This document shows positions 30,453-40,064 of a stretch of 64,000 bases of DNA, one piece after another. The stretch's first letter is position 1; every line of letters begins with the position of its first letter. The notes below the pieces were generated by a model that was not told the origin of the DNA, ran no database searches, and saw nothing but the letters and a program-made list of their open reading frames with translations. The stretch is from the NCBI GenBank assembly GCA_031393705.1, contig JANMWB010000078.1, forward strand, positions 879 through 64,878, written 5' to 3'. The translations under genes were made by a program, and so were the position numbers. This DNA is from Thermoleophilia bacterium (GTDB taxonomy: Bacteria > Actinomycetota > Thermoleophilia > Gaiellales > Gaiellaceae).

Positions 30453-31849
30453 GGCCGTTTCGGAGCGTCGGCGGCAGGCTTGCTCTCGCGCTCCTCTTCG
30501 TAGTCGCGGGCGTGCTCACGATCGTCTACCTGATCGTCGTCCCCTCCTACAAGACCTCGCTTGAGAACAACGAGCTACGGACGCTCGAGACGGTCCTGCG
30601 GGCGCGCGCCGTGCCGAACTACCCGCCCGAGCCGTGGTTGAAGCAGCAGTTCGCCTCCTCGCTCGCGCCGCGGATCAACGCCCGCGTGATCGTCTTCGAC
30701 CTGCAGAACGAGACGCCGGCCCTGCTCGTCCCGTACGCCGACTCGAACGTCGAAGGTGACTCGTCCGACGTGGTCAACGACCCGGTCGCATTCGACGCAA
30801 TTCGGCTCCAGACCTTGGCCCGGGGCACGGTGACGCGGCGCGGCCAGGAGTACGCGGAGGTGGCGTATCCGCTCGGCGCGTCGGTCGTGATGCTCTCGTC
30901 CCCCCTTCACGACCAGCTCCAGGTCGTATCGGTCGTCCGCAAACGGGTGATCGTGGCAGGCGCGATCGCGACCGCCTTCGCGGTGCTCCTCGGCTATGCC
31001 GGCGCAGGCATGTTCGCTCGGCGCATCCGCCGGCTCGAGGAGGCAGCCGAGCAGATCGCCGCCGGTAACTTCGACACGCCTGTCGTCGACCACGGCTCGG
31101 ATGAGGTGGGCCAGCTCGCGCGGACGTTCGAGCGCATGCGGCTGCGGCTCGCAAACCTCGACCGCGCCCGCGGCGAGTTCATCGCAAACGCCTCCCACGA
31201 ACTGCGTACGCCACTCTTCTCACTCGGCGGCTTCCTCGAATTGATGGACGATCCCGACCTGGACGAGCCGACGCGCGAGGAGTTCCTCGGCCAGATGCGC
31301 GAGCAAGTCGCGCGGTTGACGAAGCTTGCGACCGACCTGCTCGATCTGTCGCGCCTGGATGCGGGCCGCCTGACCGTCGCGAGCGAGCCGGTCGAGCTGG
31401 CGGAGCTCGCGGAGGAGGTGGCCGCCGAGTTCCGGGGCCGCACCGGCGACCACGCGATCGAAGTGGCGACCGAGGTCGTTGCCGCGGAAGGAGATGCCGA
31501 GCGGGTGCTCCAGATCGGGCGGATCCTGCTGGAGAACGCCCTCGTGCACACGCCGCCGGGCACGACGGTGCGGATTTCGACGGCGGTGGACGGCGGCCGG
31601 GCGACGCTGACGGTCGCGAACGACGGCCCGGAGATCCCCCGCGAGGCCCAGCAGCAGATCTTCGAGCGTTTCTACCGCCTCGACGGCACGCGGGCCTCCG
31701 GCAGCGGCCTCGGCCTGGCGATTGCCCGTGAGCTCGCGGAGGTGATGGGCGGCCGGATCGAGCTCGATTCGCAGAACGGCTGGACCCTGTTCACCCTCGT
31801 CCTGAGCGCCGAGGCCCCGGACCGGGACCTCGAGCCCGGGCTTGTCTGA
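30449..31849 (+). CDS. Sensor histidine kinase (HAMP-HisKA-HATPase)
   Basis: GTGA overlap with the regulator gene. H-box ANASHELRTPL, N-box ENALVHTP, G-box GSGLGLAIA. Two hydrophobic segments flank a sensor loop. Confidence 0.9.
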   Translation: MRPFRSVGGRLALALLFVVAGVLTIVYLIVVPSYKTSLENNELRTLETVLRARAVPNYPPEPWLKQQFASSLAPRINARVIVFDLQNETPALLVPYADSNVEGDSSDVVNDPVAFDAIRLQTLARGTVTRRGQEYAEVAYPLGASVVMLSSPLHDQLQVVSVVRKRVIVAGAIATAFAVLLGYAGAGMFARRIRRLEEAAEQIAAGNFDTPVVDHGSDEVGQLARTFERMRLRLANLDRARGEFIANASHELRTPLFSLGGFLELMDDPDLDEPTREEFLGQMREQVARLTKLATDLLDLSRLDAGRLTVASEPVELAELAEEVAAEFRGRTGDHAIEVATEVVAAEGDAERVLQIGRILLENALVHTPPGTTVRISTAVDGGRATLTVANDGPEIPREAQQQIFERFYRLDGTRASGSGLGLAIARELAEVMGGRIELDSQNGWTLFTLVLSAEAPDRDLEPGLV

Positions 31850-31894
31850 AAGAGACATCTAGACGGAACGCTTGTTCGGCGGCACCCTTGAAGA

Positions 31895-32248
31895 GTGGCG
31901 TCTGCGGAGGAGATCGCCTGGGCAGCGGGGCTCTTTGAGGGAGAGGGAACGATCTCTCGAATCTCCCGTCATCGAGGCACTCTGGATCTACAAGTGGCGA
32001 TCAACATGACGGATGAGGATGTCCTCAGACGTTTCGACGAGATCGTTGGGCGTGGCAAGGTCTATGGGCCGTATTTGCCACCGTCGCACGGCGACCGCCG
32101 GAAGCCGTTCTGGCGCTGGGTCGCGATAGGCGATGCGGGCCACGATGTCCTCGATCTCATCGGCGCCTGGCTCTTGCCTCGACGAGTGGCGCAGGCGCGC
32201 GCCCACGGCGTTCTGATCCCGCCGGAGGCGATCTCAGGTGAGGATTAA
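31895..32248 (+). CDS. Free-standing LAGLIDADG homing-endonuclease-like protein (single motif, 117 aa)
   Basis: N-terminal IAWAAGLFEGEGTI matches the LAGLIDADG motif. Downstream LQVAINMTDEDVLRRFDEIVGRGKVYG and WRWVAIGDAGHDVLDLIGAWLLP follow the usual domain layout. Local G+C is about 62% by hand count over 31861-32280. Confidence 0.6.
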   Translation: MASAEEIAWAAGLFEGEGTISRISRHRGTLDLQVAINMTDEDVLRRFDEIVGRGKVYGPYLPPSHGDRRKPFWRWVAIGDAGHDVLDLIGAWLLPRRVAQARAHGVLIPPEAISGED

Positions 32249-32270
32249 GCAGACTACAAAACGTGAAAAC

Positions 32271-32291
32271 GCTCAAACCCTGTGTTTGAGC
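32271..32291 (+). terminator. Stem-loop GCTCAAAC-CCTGT-GTTTGAGC
   Basis: Perfect 8-bp stem 22 nt after the LAGLIDADG-like stop. It overlaps the track start (32282) of the protease ORF, arguing for a later protease start. Confidence 0.4.
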
Positions 32292-32335
32292 CAATTCCCC
32301 GAGACGGGCCGCCGCCCCGGCTACAGTGCGCGCCG

Positions 32336-33538
32336 GTGCGCTCGACCTCGGTTGCTGCTCTCGCCCTGATCGCCGCTGTCGTCGGCGGTGCGGTCGTGCT
32401 TGTCGTCGCCTCGGCCACCGGCTGGCTCCATGGGGGCTCGACGAAGACGGTCGTCGTCCGCGCCCCGGCCCCTTCGGCCGGCGACGCCAATGCGCCGGTC
32501 GTGGTCGCGAAGCCGCTGCTCGGCAACGGCTTTCAGCCTGCCCAGATTTTCCGCACCCGCGCGGCGGGCGTGGTCACGATCATCTCCTACTTCGACGGCC
32601 CGACCGCCTCGGCGGGCCAGGGCTCCGGGTTCGTGGTCTCGCCCGGCGGGCTGATCCTGACGAACGCCCACGTGGTCACGACGGCCGGGCAGGGCGGCAG
32701 CAAGACAACGCCTGCCCGCACGGTGTACGTGGAGTTCTCGGACGGTGACCGGGTGACGGCGACGGTTGTCGGCGTCGACCTGTTCGACGACGTGGGCGTG
32801 CTCCGGGTCGACCCCAAGCAGCATGCGCTCGATCCCGTCCCACTCGGCGACTCGAGCCGCGTGATCGTCGGCGAGCCTGTCGCTGCAATCGGCAGCCCCT
32901 TCGGGAATGCCGACTCGCTCTCCGTGGGGGTCGTCTCGGCGATCCGGCGCTCGATTCCGTCGCTGACCTCGGTTTACGACCTGGTGGACGCGATCCAGAC
33001 GGACGCGCCGATCAACCACGGCAATTCCGGCGGCCCGCTGTTCGATGCACGTGGCCGTGCAATCGGCATCAACGCCCAGATTCGCTCCAGCGGCACCGGC
33101 TCGGGCTTCGAAGGTGTCGGCTTCGCCGTGCCGATCGACTCGGCTCGCCGCTCGCTGGACCAGCTCCTGAAAACAGGTGGCGTGCGCTACGCCTACGTCG
33201 GGATCAAGACCGAGGACCTGACGCCCGCCGTCGCGAAGAAGTTCGGCTACGCCGCGAAGCGAGGTGCCCTCGTCGACCTCGTCAACCCTGGCACGGCGGC
33301 CGACCAGGCCGGGATCGAGGCCGGGACCCAGGATGCGGTCTATGAAGGGCTCGGGATCAAGGTCGGAGGCGACGCGATTGTCGCGATCGACGGGATCCCG
33401 GTGAGCGGAGCGCAGGATGTCGTGCGGATTGTTACAACCAGGCTCGTCCCGGGGGAGACGGCCCGTTTCACGGTCGTTCGCGGGCAGCACCGTCGCGTCG
33501 TCTCCGTGACGCTCGACGAGCGTCCGCCGCCGGGTTAG
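32336..33538 (+). CDS. HtrA/DegP-family serine protease with PDZ domain
   Basis: N-terminal TM. Catalytic contexts TNAHVV and GNSGGPLF. C-terminal PDZ-like region. GTG 32336 preferred over track start 32282 because of the upstream hairpin. Confidence 0.88.
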   Translation: MRSTSVAALALIAAVVGGAVVLVVASATGWLHGGSTKTVVVRAPAPSAGDANAPVVVAKPLLGNGFQPAQIFRTRAAGVVTIISYFDGPTASAGQGSGFVVSPGGLILTNAHVVTTAGQGGSKTTPARTVYVEFSDGDRVTATVVGVDLFDDVGVLRVDPKQHALDPVPLGDSSRVIVGEPVAAIGSPFGNADSLSVGVVSAIRRSIPSLTSVYDLVDAIQTDAPINHGNSGGPLFDARGRAIGINAQIRSSGTGSGFEGVGFAVPIDSARRSLDQLLKTGGVRYAYVGIKTEDLTPAVAKKFGYAAKRGALVDLVNPGTAADQAGIEAGTQDAVYEGLGIKVGGDAIVAIDGIPVSGAQDVVRIVTTRLVPGETARFTVVRGQHRRVVSVTLDERPPPG

Positions 33539-33631
33539 CGATCGGCGGTCGACGGGCACCCCGGTACGGAGGTCTCACGGCCACAATCACAGTGACTTAC
33601 AGTAGAATTCGGTAGGATCTGAGGTGTTTAC

Positions 33632-33651
33632 CTTTCCAATTCGCTGGAAAG
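33632..33651. promoter_or_regulatory. Palindrome CTTTCCA-N6-TGGAAAG upstream of the RsbW-like gene
   Basis: Perfect 7-bp arms 11 nt upstream of ATG 33662, in a comparatively A+T-rich spacer that also holds TAGAAT (33603-33608) and TAGGAT (33613-33618). Confidence 0.35.
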
Positions 33652-33661
33652 AGAGAGCGCA

Positions 33662-34105
33662 ATGAGCGGCGTGGCAACCAGCAATGGACATGTCCATGCG
33701 ATCCGACTGACCATTCCGGCCAAGCCGGAATACATCACGTTGGGCCGCCTCGCCCTGACCGGGATCGCCCGCCTGCGGCCCGAGCCACTGCACCAGGAGG
33801 TGCTCGGCGATCTGAAGCTCGCGCTGACGGAGGCCTGCACGAACTCCGTGCGCCACGCCTACGCGGGCGGCGAGGGGACGGTCGAGATCCTCTACGAGTT
33901 GCACGACGACAAGCTCGTGATCGAGGTCGTCGACGAGGGCGAGGGCTTCGAGCCGCCCGCCGAGCCGAGCAGTGCTCTGGCCGACGACGAGCTGTCGGAG
34001 GGCGGGCTCGGGATCGCGATCATCGAAGCGCTCGCCGACGAGTTCGAGATTCGCGAGCGGCCGCAGGGAGGATCTTTCCTGCGTTTCGTGAAGCACCTGT
34101 CCTGA
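33662..34105 (+). CDS. Anti-sigma regulatory factor (RsbW/SpoIIAB-like Ser/Thr kinase)
   Basis: HATPase_c_2 pattern: ALTEACTNSVRHAY, VVDEGEGF, GGLGIAII. 147 aa. Confidence 0.8.
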   Translation: MSGVATSNGHVHAIRLTIPAKPEYITLGRLALTGIARLRPEPLHQEVLGDLKLALTEACTNSVRHAYAGGEGTVEILYELHDDKLVIEVVDEGEGFEPPAEPSSALADDELSEGGLGIAIIEALADEFEIRERPQGGSFLRFVKHLS

Positions 34106-34123
34106 GCTTCTAGGAGGACGTGC

Positions 34124-35395
34124 GTGCTCCAACTCGTCAACGTCGGGCACAAATCGCTCGGCGACTACGCGACCCTGGTCTCGCGCGGCCTGATGGACGA
34201 GATCCGTCGGTTGGCCGCGCCTCTGCAGGGGAAGCGCGTCGTCCACGTGTCCGCGACGGCGTTCGGCGGTGGCGTGGCCGAGATCAACTACACGCTCGTG
34301 CCGCTGATGGCGGACGCGGGGCTCGAGGTCGAGTGGCGGATCATCCGCGGTGCCGACGAGTTCTTCAACGTCACGAAGGCGATCCACAACGGCCTGCAGG
34401 GCGATCCGCGTTCGCTGACGCTCGAGGAGCAAGAGATCTTCCGCCGCTACAACGCAGAGAACGCCGCCGAGTTCGCAGCGGACGCCTACGACTACGTGAT
34501 CATCCACGACCCGCAGCCGATCGCGATGATCGACGCGTTCCCGAAGCGGCAGGCGAAGTGGATCTGGCGCGGGCACATCGACTTCTCAACGCCGAACCCT
34601 GACGTCATGGATGTGCTGCTGCCGTCGCTGCGCTCCTACGACGACGCCATCTTCCACATGCCCGAGTACGTGCCGCACGCCGACGATCTACCCGAGATCG
34701 TGATCTGGCCGCCGGCGATTGATCCGCTGATGCCGAAGAACATGGCGCTCTCGCCCGAGGATGCGTCGTACATCCTCGACCAGTTCGGAATCGACATCGA
34801 GCGGCCGCTGCTCACGCAGGTGTCGCGTTTCGATCCGTGGAAGGACCCGGTCGGCGTGATCGACGCCTACCGGTTCGTCAAGCAGGAGTTCCCGGGCGTG
34901 CAGCTCGCGCTCGTCGGCTCGATGGCGCACGACGATCCCGAAGGCTGGGACTACTACCACCGGACACTCGAGTACGCGGGCGACGATCCGGACATCTACA
35001 TCTTGAGCAACATGAACAGCGTCGGTGCGGTGGAGGTGAACGCGTTCCAGGTGCACTCGGCGGCGCTGATCCAGAAGTCGATCAAGGAAGGGTTCGGCCT
35101 GACCGTGACGGAGGCGCTGTGGAAAGGCCGGCCGATGGTTGCGGGCCGGGTCGGTGGCATCGTCACGCAGATCACCGAAGGGGAGACGGGGTGGCTCGTC
35201 GGCTCGGTCGAGGAGTGCGCCCAGGCGTGCCTCGAGGTGTTGCGCAACCCCGTAGAGGCGCGCGCTCGCGCGCTTCGCGGTAAGGAACACGTGCGCCGCC
35301 ACTTCCTGACGCCGCGGCTCTTGCGTGACTGGCTCGTTCTCTTCAACCGTCTCGCCGGGAACGACATGGGCGGCAGCATGATCACCGTTGTCTAA
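34124..35395 (+). CDS. treT: Trehalose glycosyltransferring synthase TreT
   Basis: GTG 34124 with GGAGG upstream. QVSRFDPWKDPVGVIDAYRFVK, MAHDDPEGW and KEGFGLTVTEALWKGRPMVAGRVGGI closely follow archaeal/bacterial TreT sequences as I recall them. Confidence 0.85.
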   Translation: MLQLVNVGHKSLGDYATLVSRGLMDEIRRLAAPLQGKRVVHVSATAFGGGVAEINYTLVPLMADAGLEVEWRIIRGADEFFNVTKAIHNGLQGDPRSLTLEEQEIFRRYNAENAAEFAADAYDYVIIHDPQPIAMIDAFPKRQAKWIWRGHIDFSTPNPDVMDVLLPSLRSYDDAIFHMPEYVPHADDLPEIVIWPPAIDPLMPKNMALSPEDASYILDQFGIDIERPLLTQVSRFDPWKDPVGVIDAYRFVKQEFPGVQLALVGSMAHDDPEGWDYYHRTLEYAGDDPDIYILSNMNSVGAVEVNAFQVHSAALIQKSIKEGFGLTVTEALWKGRPMVAGRVGGIVTQITEGETGWLVGSVEECAQACLEVLRNPVEARARALRGKEHVRRHFLTPRLLRDWLVLFNRLAGNDMGGSMITVV

Positions 35396-36746
35396 GCGCC
35401 CGTTGATCATTGTCTCGAACCGCGGTCCCGTGACCTATGACCGCGACGCGAACGGCACGCGTGTCGAGCGACGCGGCGGCGGCGGCCTCGTGACGGCGTT
35501 GCGCGGACTGCGCGACGACCACGACGTCACGTGGATCGCGAGCGCGACGACGGACGAGGACCGTGTCGTCGCCGCGGAGGCCGGCGGCGAGGTCGTGCTC
35601 GTCGCACACGACCCACATGCGTACGACCTCTACTACAACGTCGTCGCGAACCCGATGCTGTGGTTCATCCAGCATTCGCTGTGGGGACCCGCGTTCAGTC
35701 CGGTGATCGGCCGTGAGCTCCACGAAGCGTGGCGCGATGGCTACGAGGTGGTTAACAGGACCTTCGCGGACGCGGTTGTCGCCCAGTTGGACAACACACC
35801 GGATGCAACGGTGTTCTTTCATGACTACCACCTCTATCTCGCGCCGCGCATGGTGCGTGAGGCGCGGCCCGACGCGAAGCTCGCTCACTTCGTGCATATC
35901 CCGTGGCCGGTCGACTGGACGACATTGCCGCCCGCAATGCGTCGCGCGGTGCACGACGGTCTCATCGCGAACGACGTCGTCGGCTTCCATACCGCGCGCT
36001 GGGCACGCAACTTCGAGCGCAGCTGCGCGGACCTTGCGTGCAACACCGACGGCACCCTCGTGACGCACCATCCGATCTCGATCGACGTCGCCGAGTTCGA
36101 TGCGTTGCGCGAGAGCGAGCCGGTGCTCGCAGCTGAGGTGTCACTCGACCGTCCGGAGAAGCTGATCGTTCGCGTCGACCGCACCGATCCGTCGAAGAAC
36201 ATCGCTCGTGGTTTCCGCGCCTTCGGGATCCTGCTCGACGAGCACCCGGAATGGCGTGGGCGGGTGAAGATGCTGGCGCGTCTCGACCCGTCGAGAGAGA
36301 CGATCCCCGAGTACGTCGAGTACCGCGCTGCGATCGAGGCGGAGGCAGCCGCAGTGACGGCTCGCTATCCAGGTTCCCTCGAGGTGCAGGTCGCGGACAA
36401 CTTCCCGCAGTCGGTCGCCGCGTACAAGCAGTACGACGTGCTGCTCGTGAACGCGGTCTACGACGGCCTGAATCTCGTTGCCAAGGAAGGCCCGCTCGTC
36501 AACGGGCGGGACGGCGTGCTCGTGCTCTCGGAGAACGCCGGCGCACACGAGGAGCTGGGCGAATGGGCCGTGACGGTGAATCCGTTCGACGTCTGGAGCC
36601 AGGCCGAGGCGTTGCACGAGGCGCTGAGCATGGAGCCGGCCGAGCGTCGCCGCCGGGCCGAGGCGATCCGGGCCCAGGTGCGGGAGAACGACGTGGCGAA
36701 GTGGGTCGCGGGCCTGCTTGGCGACCTAGACGGCGTCTCGGCGTAA
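35388..36746 (+). CDS. otsA: Trehalose-6-phosphate synthase OtsA (GT20)
   Basis: LIIVSNRGPV N-terminus, GGLVTAL, typical GT20 length. TTG 35388 overlaps the treT end by 8 nt. Confidence 0.9.
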   Translation: MSKRPLIIVSNRGPVTYDRDANGTRVERRGGGGLVTALRGLRDDHDVTWIASATTDEDRVVAAEAGGEVVLVAHDPHAYDLYYNVVANPMLWFIQHSLWGPAFSPVIGRELHEAWRDGYEVVNRTFADAVVAQLDNTPDATVFFHDYHLYLAPRMVREARPDAKLAHFVHIPWPVDWTTLPPAMRRAVHDGLIANDVVGFHTARWARNFERSCADLACNTDGTLVTHHPISIDVAEFDALRESEPVLAAEVSLDRPEKLIVRVDRTDPSKNIARGFRAFGILLDEHPEWRGRVKMLARLDPSRETIPEYVEYRAAIEAEAAAVTARYPGSLEVQVADNFPQSVAAYKQYDVLLVNAVYDGLNLVAKEGPLVNGRDGVLVLSENAGAHEELGEWAVTVNPFDVWSQAEALHEALSMEPAERRRRAEAIRAQVRENDVAKWVAGLLGDLDGVSA

Positions 36747-36755
36747 CCTTCCGGG

Positions 36756-38288
36756 ATGGCGGTCGCTGCCACCGGTGAGCTGCGCGTCGTCAACCCGGCG
36801 ACGCTCGAGCTCGTGGGCACGGTCCGGGCGACCGATCCTACTGCGGTCCAGGAGATCGTCACCGAGGCGAAACTCGCTCAGGAGGCGTGGGGGGAGACGC
36901 CGCTCGCGGACCGCCGCGCGCTGCTCGTGCGCGTCGCCGACGCCGTGCTCGAGCGGGCGGACGAGATTGCGGACACCGTGATCGCGGAGACGGGCAAGCC
37001 GCGAGTCGAGGCGTTTACGACGGAGCTCTTCCCGGCCCTCGATGCGCTCGTCTGGCTGGCGAAGCAGGCGCCGAGGCTCCTGGCGCCCGAGCGTGTCGGC
37101 TATCCGCAGCTGCAGCTGAAGCACAAGCGGGCGTCACTGCATTACGAGCCAATTGGCGTCGTCGGGGTAATCGCGCCGTGGAACTTCCCGTTTGCGATCC
37201 CGTTCACCCAGGTCGCCTATGCGCTTGCCGCAGGCAACAGCGTCGTGCTGAAGCCGTCCGAGCTGACGCCGCTCTCGGGCGCGCTCGTCGCAGAGCTGTT
37301 CGCGACCGCAGGCGCGCCGGTCCGGCTTGCGCAGGGCGACGGCACCGTCGGCGAGGCGCTCGTCAAGGCTCGCGGGCTCGGCAAGGTGCTGTTCACGGGC
37401 TCGGCAGAGGTCGGCCGGCTCGTCGCGGCGAGCGCCGGCAAGCGGCTCGTGCCCGTGACGCTCGAGCTGGGTGGCAAGGACCCGATGATCGTGCTCGACG
37501 ACGCCGATCTTGCCCGCGCGGTCGACGGTGCGCTGTGGGGCTCGTTCATGAACTGCGGCCAGGTGTGCTCGGGGGTCGAGCGCATCTACGTCCAGGGCGC
37601 GTTGTACGAGCCGTTCGTCGAGGAGTTGGCGCGCAAGGCACGCGAGCTCGACCTCGGCCCACTCATCTCCGAAGAGCAACGCGACAAGGTCGCAGGCCTG
37701 GTCGATGACGCTGTTGCGCGCGGCGCGCGTGCGCTCACCGGAGCACATGCCTCGGAGCGCACCGGGTGGTTCTACGAGCCAACAGTGCTCGTCGATGTGC
37801 CGCGCGACGCGCAGATCGAGCACGACGAGACGTTCGGCCCCGTGGTCACGGTGGCGCGTGTCGCGGACGAGGCGCAGGCGATTCGCGCCGCGAACGACAG
37901 CCCGTTCGCACTCGGTGCGTCGGTGTGGACGCGCAACGCTGAGCGTGCGCAGCGCACGGCCCATCGTCTGCGTGCAGGCACGGTGTGGCACAACGACCAT
38001 GCGTACTCATACGCGTCATCGCAGGCGACGTGGGGCGGCCGCGGTGAGTCGGGCTTTGGCCGCACGCACTCCAAGCACGGCCTCTACGACCTCACCTCGC
38101 CGAAGTTTGTCGACCACGACTCCGGCCGCGTGCCGGTGCCATGGTGGTTCCCCTACGACGATCAGGCTGCAGCCGCGTTCCGTGGCGTGCTCGGCGCGCT
38201 CTACAGCGACGGGTTGCCCGCCCGCGCGCGCGCCGCGTGGCGCGAGCGGCGCGCGTTGCTCGCACTCGCGAAGAGGTATCGCTCATGA
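36756..38288 (+). CDS. Aldehyde dehydrogenase family protein
   Basis: [17 protein letters not shown] (catalytic Glu) and [13 protein letters not shown] (catalytic Cys). Confidence 0.9.
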   Translation: MAVAATGELRVVNPATLELVGTVRATDPTAVQEIVTEAKLAQEAWGETPLADRRALLVRVADAVLERADEIADTVIAETGKPRVEAFTTELFPALDALVWLAKQAPRLLAPERVGYPQLQLKHKRASLHYEPIGVVGVIAPWNFPFAIPFTQVAYALAAGNSVVLKPSELTPLSGALVAELFATAGAPVRLAQGDGTVGEALVKARGLGKVLFTGSAEVGRLVAASAGKRLVPVTLELGGKDPMIVLDDADLARAVDGALWGSFMNCGQVCSGVERIYVQGALYEPFVEELARKARELDLGPLISEEQRDKVAGLVDDAVARGARALTGAHASERTGWFYEPTVLVDVPRDAQIEHDETFGPVVTVARVADEAQAIRAANDSPFALGASVWTRNAERAQRTAHRLRAGTVWHNDHAYSYASSQATWGGRGESGFGRTHSKHGLYDLTSPKFVDHDSGRVPVPWWFPYDDQAAAAFRGVLGALYSDGLPARARAAWRERRALLALAKRYRS

Positions 38289-38722
38289 GCGAGCTGTCGC
38301 ACGTGGACGAATCGGGCGCGGTGCGGATGGTCGATGTCGGCGCGAAGCCGGCGCAGCGTCGCCGCGCGGTTGCACGCGCGGTCGTCAACATGGCGCCCGA
38401 GACAGCAGCACGCTTGCGAGACTTGCCGAAGGGCGATGCGCTCACCACGGCGCAGCTCGCTGGGATCATGGCGGCGAAGCGCACGTCGGAGCTGATTCCG
38501 CTCTGCCATCCGCTGCCGCTCACGCACATCGAAGTCGACACGCGTGTGCTGGACGACGGCGTCGAGATCACCGCGGCGGCGGAGACCACCGCGCAAACCG
38601 GCGTCGAGATGGAAGCGCTCACCGCGGCGTCGGTCGCCGCACTCACCGTGTACGACATGGCGAAGGCGATCGACAAAGGGATGTCGTTCTCGGTCGAGCT
38701 GCTCGAGAAGGTGAAGGAATGA
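38285..38722 (+). CDS. moaC: Cyclic pyranopterin monophosphate synthase MoaC
   Basis: ATG 38285 (ATGA overlap with the ALDH stop). [18 protein letters not shown] and [18 protein letters not shown] motifs. Confidence 0.92.
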   Translation: MSELSHVDESGAVRMVDVGAKPAQRRRAVARAVVNMAPETAARLRDLPKGDALTTAQLAGIMAAKRTSELIPLCHPLPLTHIEVDTRVLDDGVEITAAAETTAQTGVEMEALTAASVAALTVYDMAKAIDKGMSFSVELLEKVKE

Positions 38723-39219
38723 ACGCTGCGGTATTGACCGTCTCGGACCGCGTCTCGCGTGGCGAGTCCGATGACGGAAGCGGCGACCTGCTCGAGGAGC
38801 TTTTACGCGCCGACGGCTACGACGTCGCGCGTCGCGTGGTGCCCGACGAGGCGGACGAGATTGCGGCCGCGATCGAAGATCTCGCCGCCCGGTCGGCGGT
38901 CGTCCTGACGACGGGCGGCACCGGTCTCGCCCCGCGAGACGTCACGCCCGAGGCGACGCGCACCGTTCTGCAGCGAGAGGCGCCAGGAATCGCCGAGGCG
39001 CTTCGTGCCGACTCGATCGCCAAGACACCGCACGGCCTGCTCTCGCGCGGCGCCGCCGGCGTCGTCGGGCGAACGCTCGTCGTCAACCTGCCCGGCTCGA
39101 CCGGCGGCTGCCGGGACGGCTACGCGGTGCTCCAACCCGCTCTGGGCCACGCCCTCGCACTTCTCGCCGACGTACCCGCTGTGCATCCGGATACAAAGCA
39201 TCAGCAGACTTCCGCCTGA
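38719..39219 (+). CDS. mog: Molybdenum cofactor biosynthesis protein MogA/MoaB
   Basis: ATG 38719 (ATGA overlap with moaC). VLTVSDR and [17 protein letters not shown] motifs. The upstream part of track ORF 37705..39219 is off-frame over the ALDH gene. Confidence 0.88.
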   Translation: MNAAVLTVSDRVSRGESDDGSGDLLEELLRADGYDVARRVVPDEADEIAAAIEDLAARSAVVLTTGGTGLAPRDVTPEATRTVLQREAPGIAEALRADSIAKTPHGLLSRGAAGVVGRTLVVNLPGSTGGCRDGYAVLQPALGHALALLADVPAVHPDTKHQQTSA

Positions 39220-40064
39220 TGCGTATCGCCCGCCTTTACTACCGGCTCGTCAAATTCGAGCACACGATCTTCGCGCTGCCGTTCGCGTACGTCGGCGCGT
39301 TCCTCGCCGTCGGAGGTGTGCCGTCGGCGCACGACCTGCTCTGGATCACCCTCGCGATGGTCGGGGCTCGCTCGCTCGCGATGGCGCTCAACAGGCTGAT
39401 CGACGCGCGCATCGACGCCGCGAACCCGCGCACCGCGACCCGTGAGCTTCCCTCCGGTGCGCTGACCAGCGCTGCGGTCCTGGCGTTCTGCCTGGTCTCG
39501 CTCGCTGTCTACGCCGTATCCGTCTGGCAGCTCGATCCGCTCGTGCGCTGGCTGTCGCCGATCCCCGTCGTTGCGTTCGTCGTCTACCCCTACCTGAAGC
39601 GGTTCACGTGGCTCTGCCACCTCTGGCTCGGCGCAGTGGACGGGCTTGCGCCCGTCGGCGCCTGGGCGGCGATCAAGGGCGAACTGCCGTGGCAAGCATG
39701 GGCGCTCGGCGCCGCCGTCGCGGCCTGGGTCTCCGGGTTCGACCTCTTCTATGCGCTGTTCGACGTCGACATCGATCGCGAGCAGGGCCTGCATTCGTGG
39801 GTGACGAGGTTCGGCGAGCGCGGCGCGTTCACCGGCGCGCGCATCCTGCACCTCGCAACGATCGTGCTGCTCGCCGCGGCCGGCATCGGCCTCGACGTGG
39901 GGATCCTCTACTGGCTCGGGGTGCTGATCGTCGCGTCGCTGCTCCTGTACGAGCACACACTTGTGCGGCCGGGAGACCTGAGGCGGCTCGACGCGGCGTT
40001 CTTCACGATGAACGGTGTGATCTCCGTCGCGTTCTTCGTGTTCGTGCTGGCCGACGTGCTGTGA
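39219..40064 (+). CDS. UbiA-family aromatic prenyltransferase
   Basis: Polytopic protein. NRLIDARIDAANPRT (NxxxDxxxD) and a second Asp-rich region FDLFYALFDVDIDRE. Confidence 0.85.
   Translation: MRIARLYYRLVKFEHTIFALPFAYVGAFLAVGGVPSAHDLLWITLAMVGARSLAMALNRLIDARIDAANPRTATRELPSGALTSAAVLAFCLVSLAVYAVSVWQLDPLVRWLSPIPVVAFVVYPYLKRFTWLCHLWLGAVDGLAPVGAWAAIKGELPWQAWALGAAVAAWVSGFDLFYALFDVDIDREQGLHSWVTRFGERGAFTGARILHLATIVLLAAAGIGLDVGILYWLGVLIVASLLLYEHTLVRPGDLRRLDAAFFTMNGVISVAFFVFVLADVL

Noticed and set aside
37705-38718. Long N-terminal portion of track ORF 37705..39219 (504 aa).
   Set aside because: It is off-frame over the aldehyde dehydrogenase and moaC genes and Arg-rich. Only the last 166 codons encode a MogA/MoaB-like protein.
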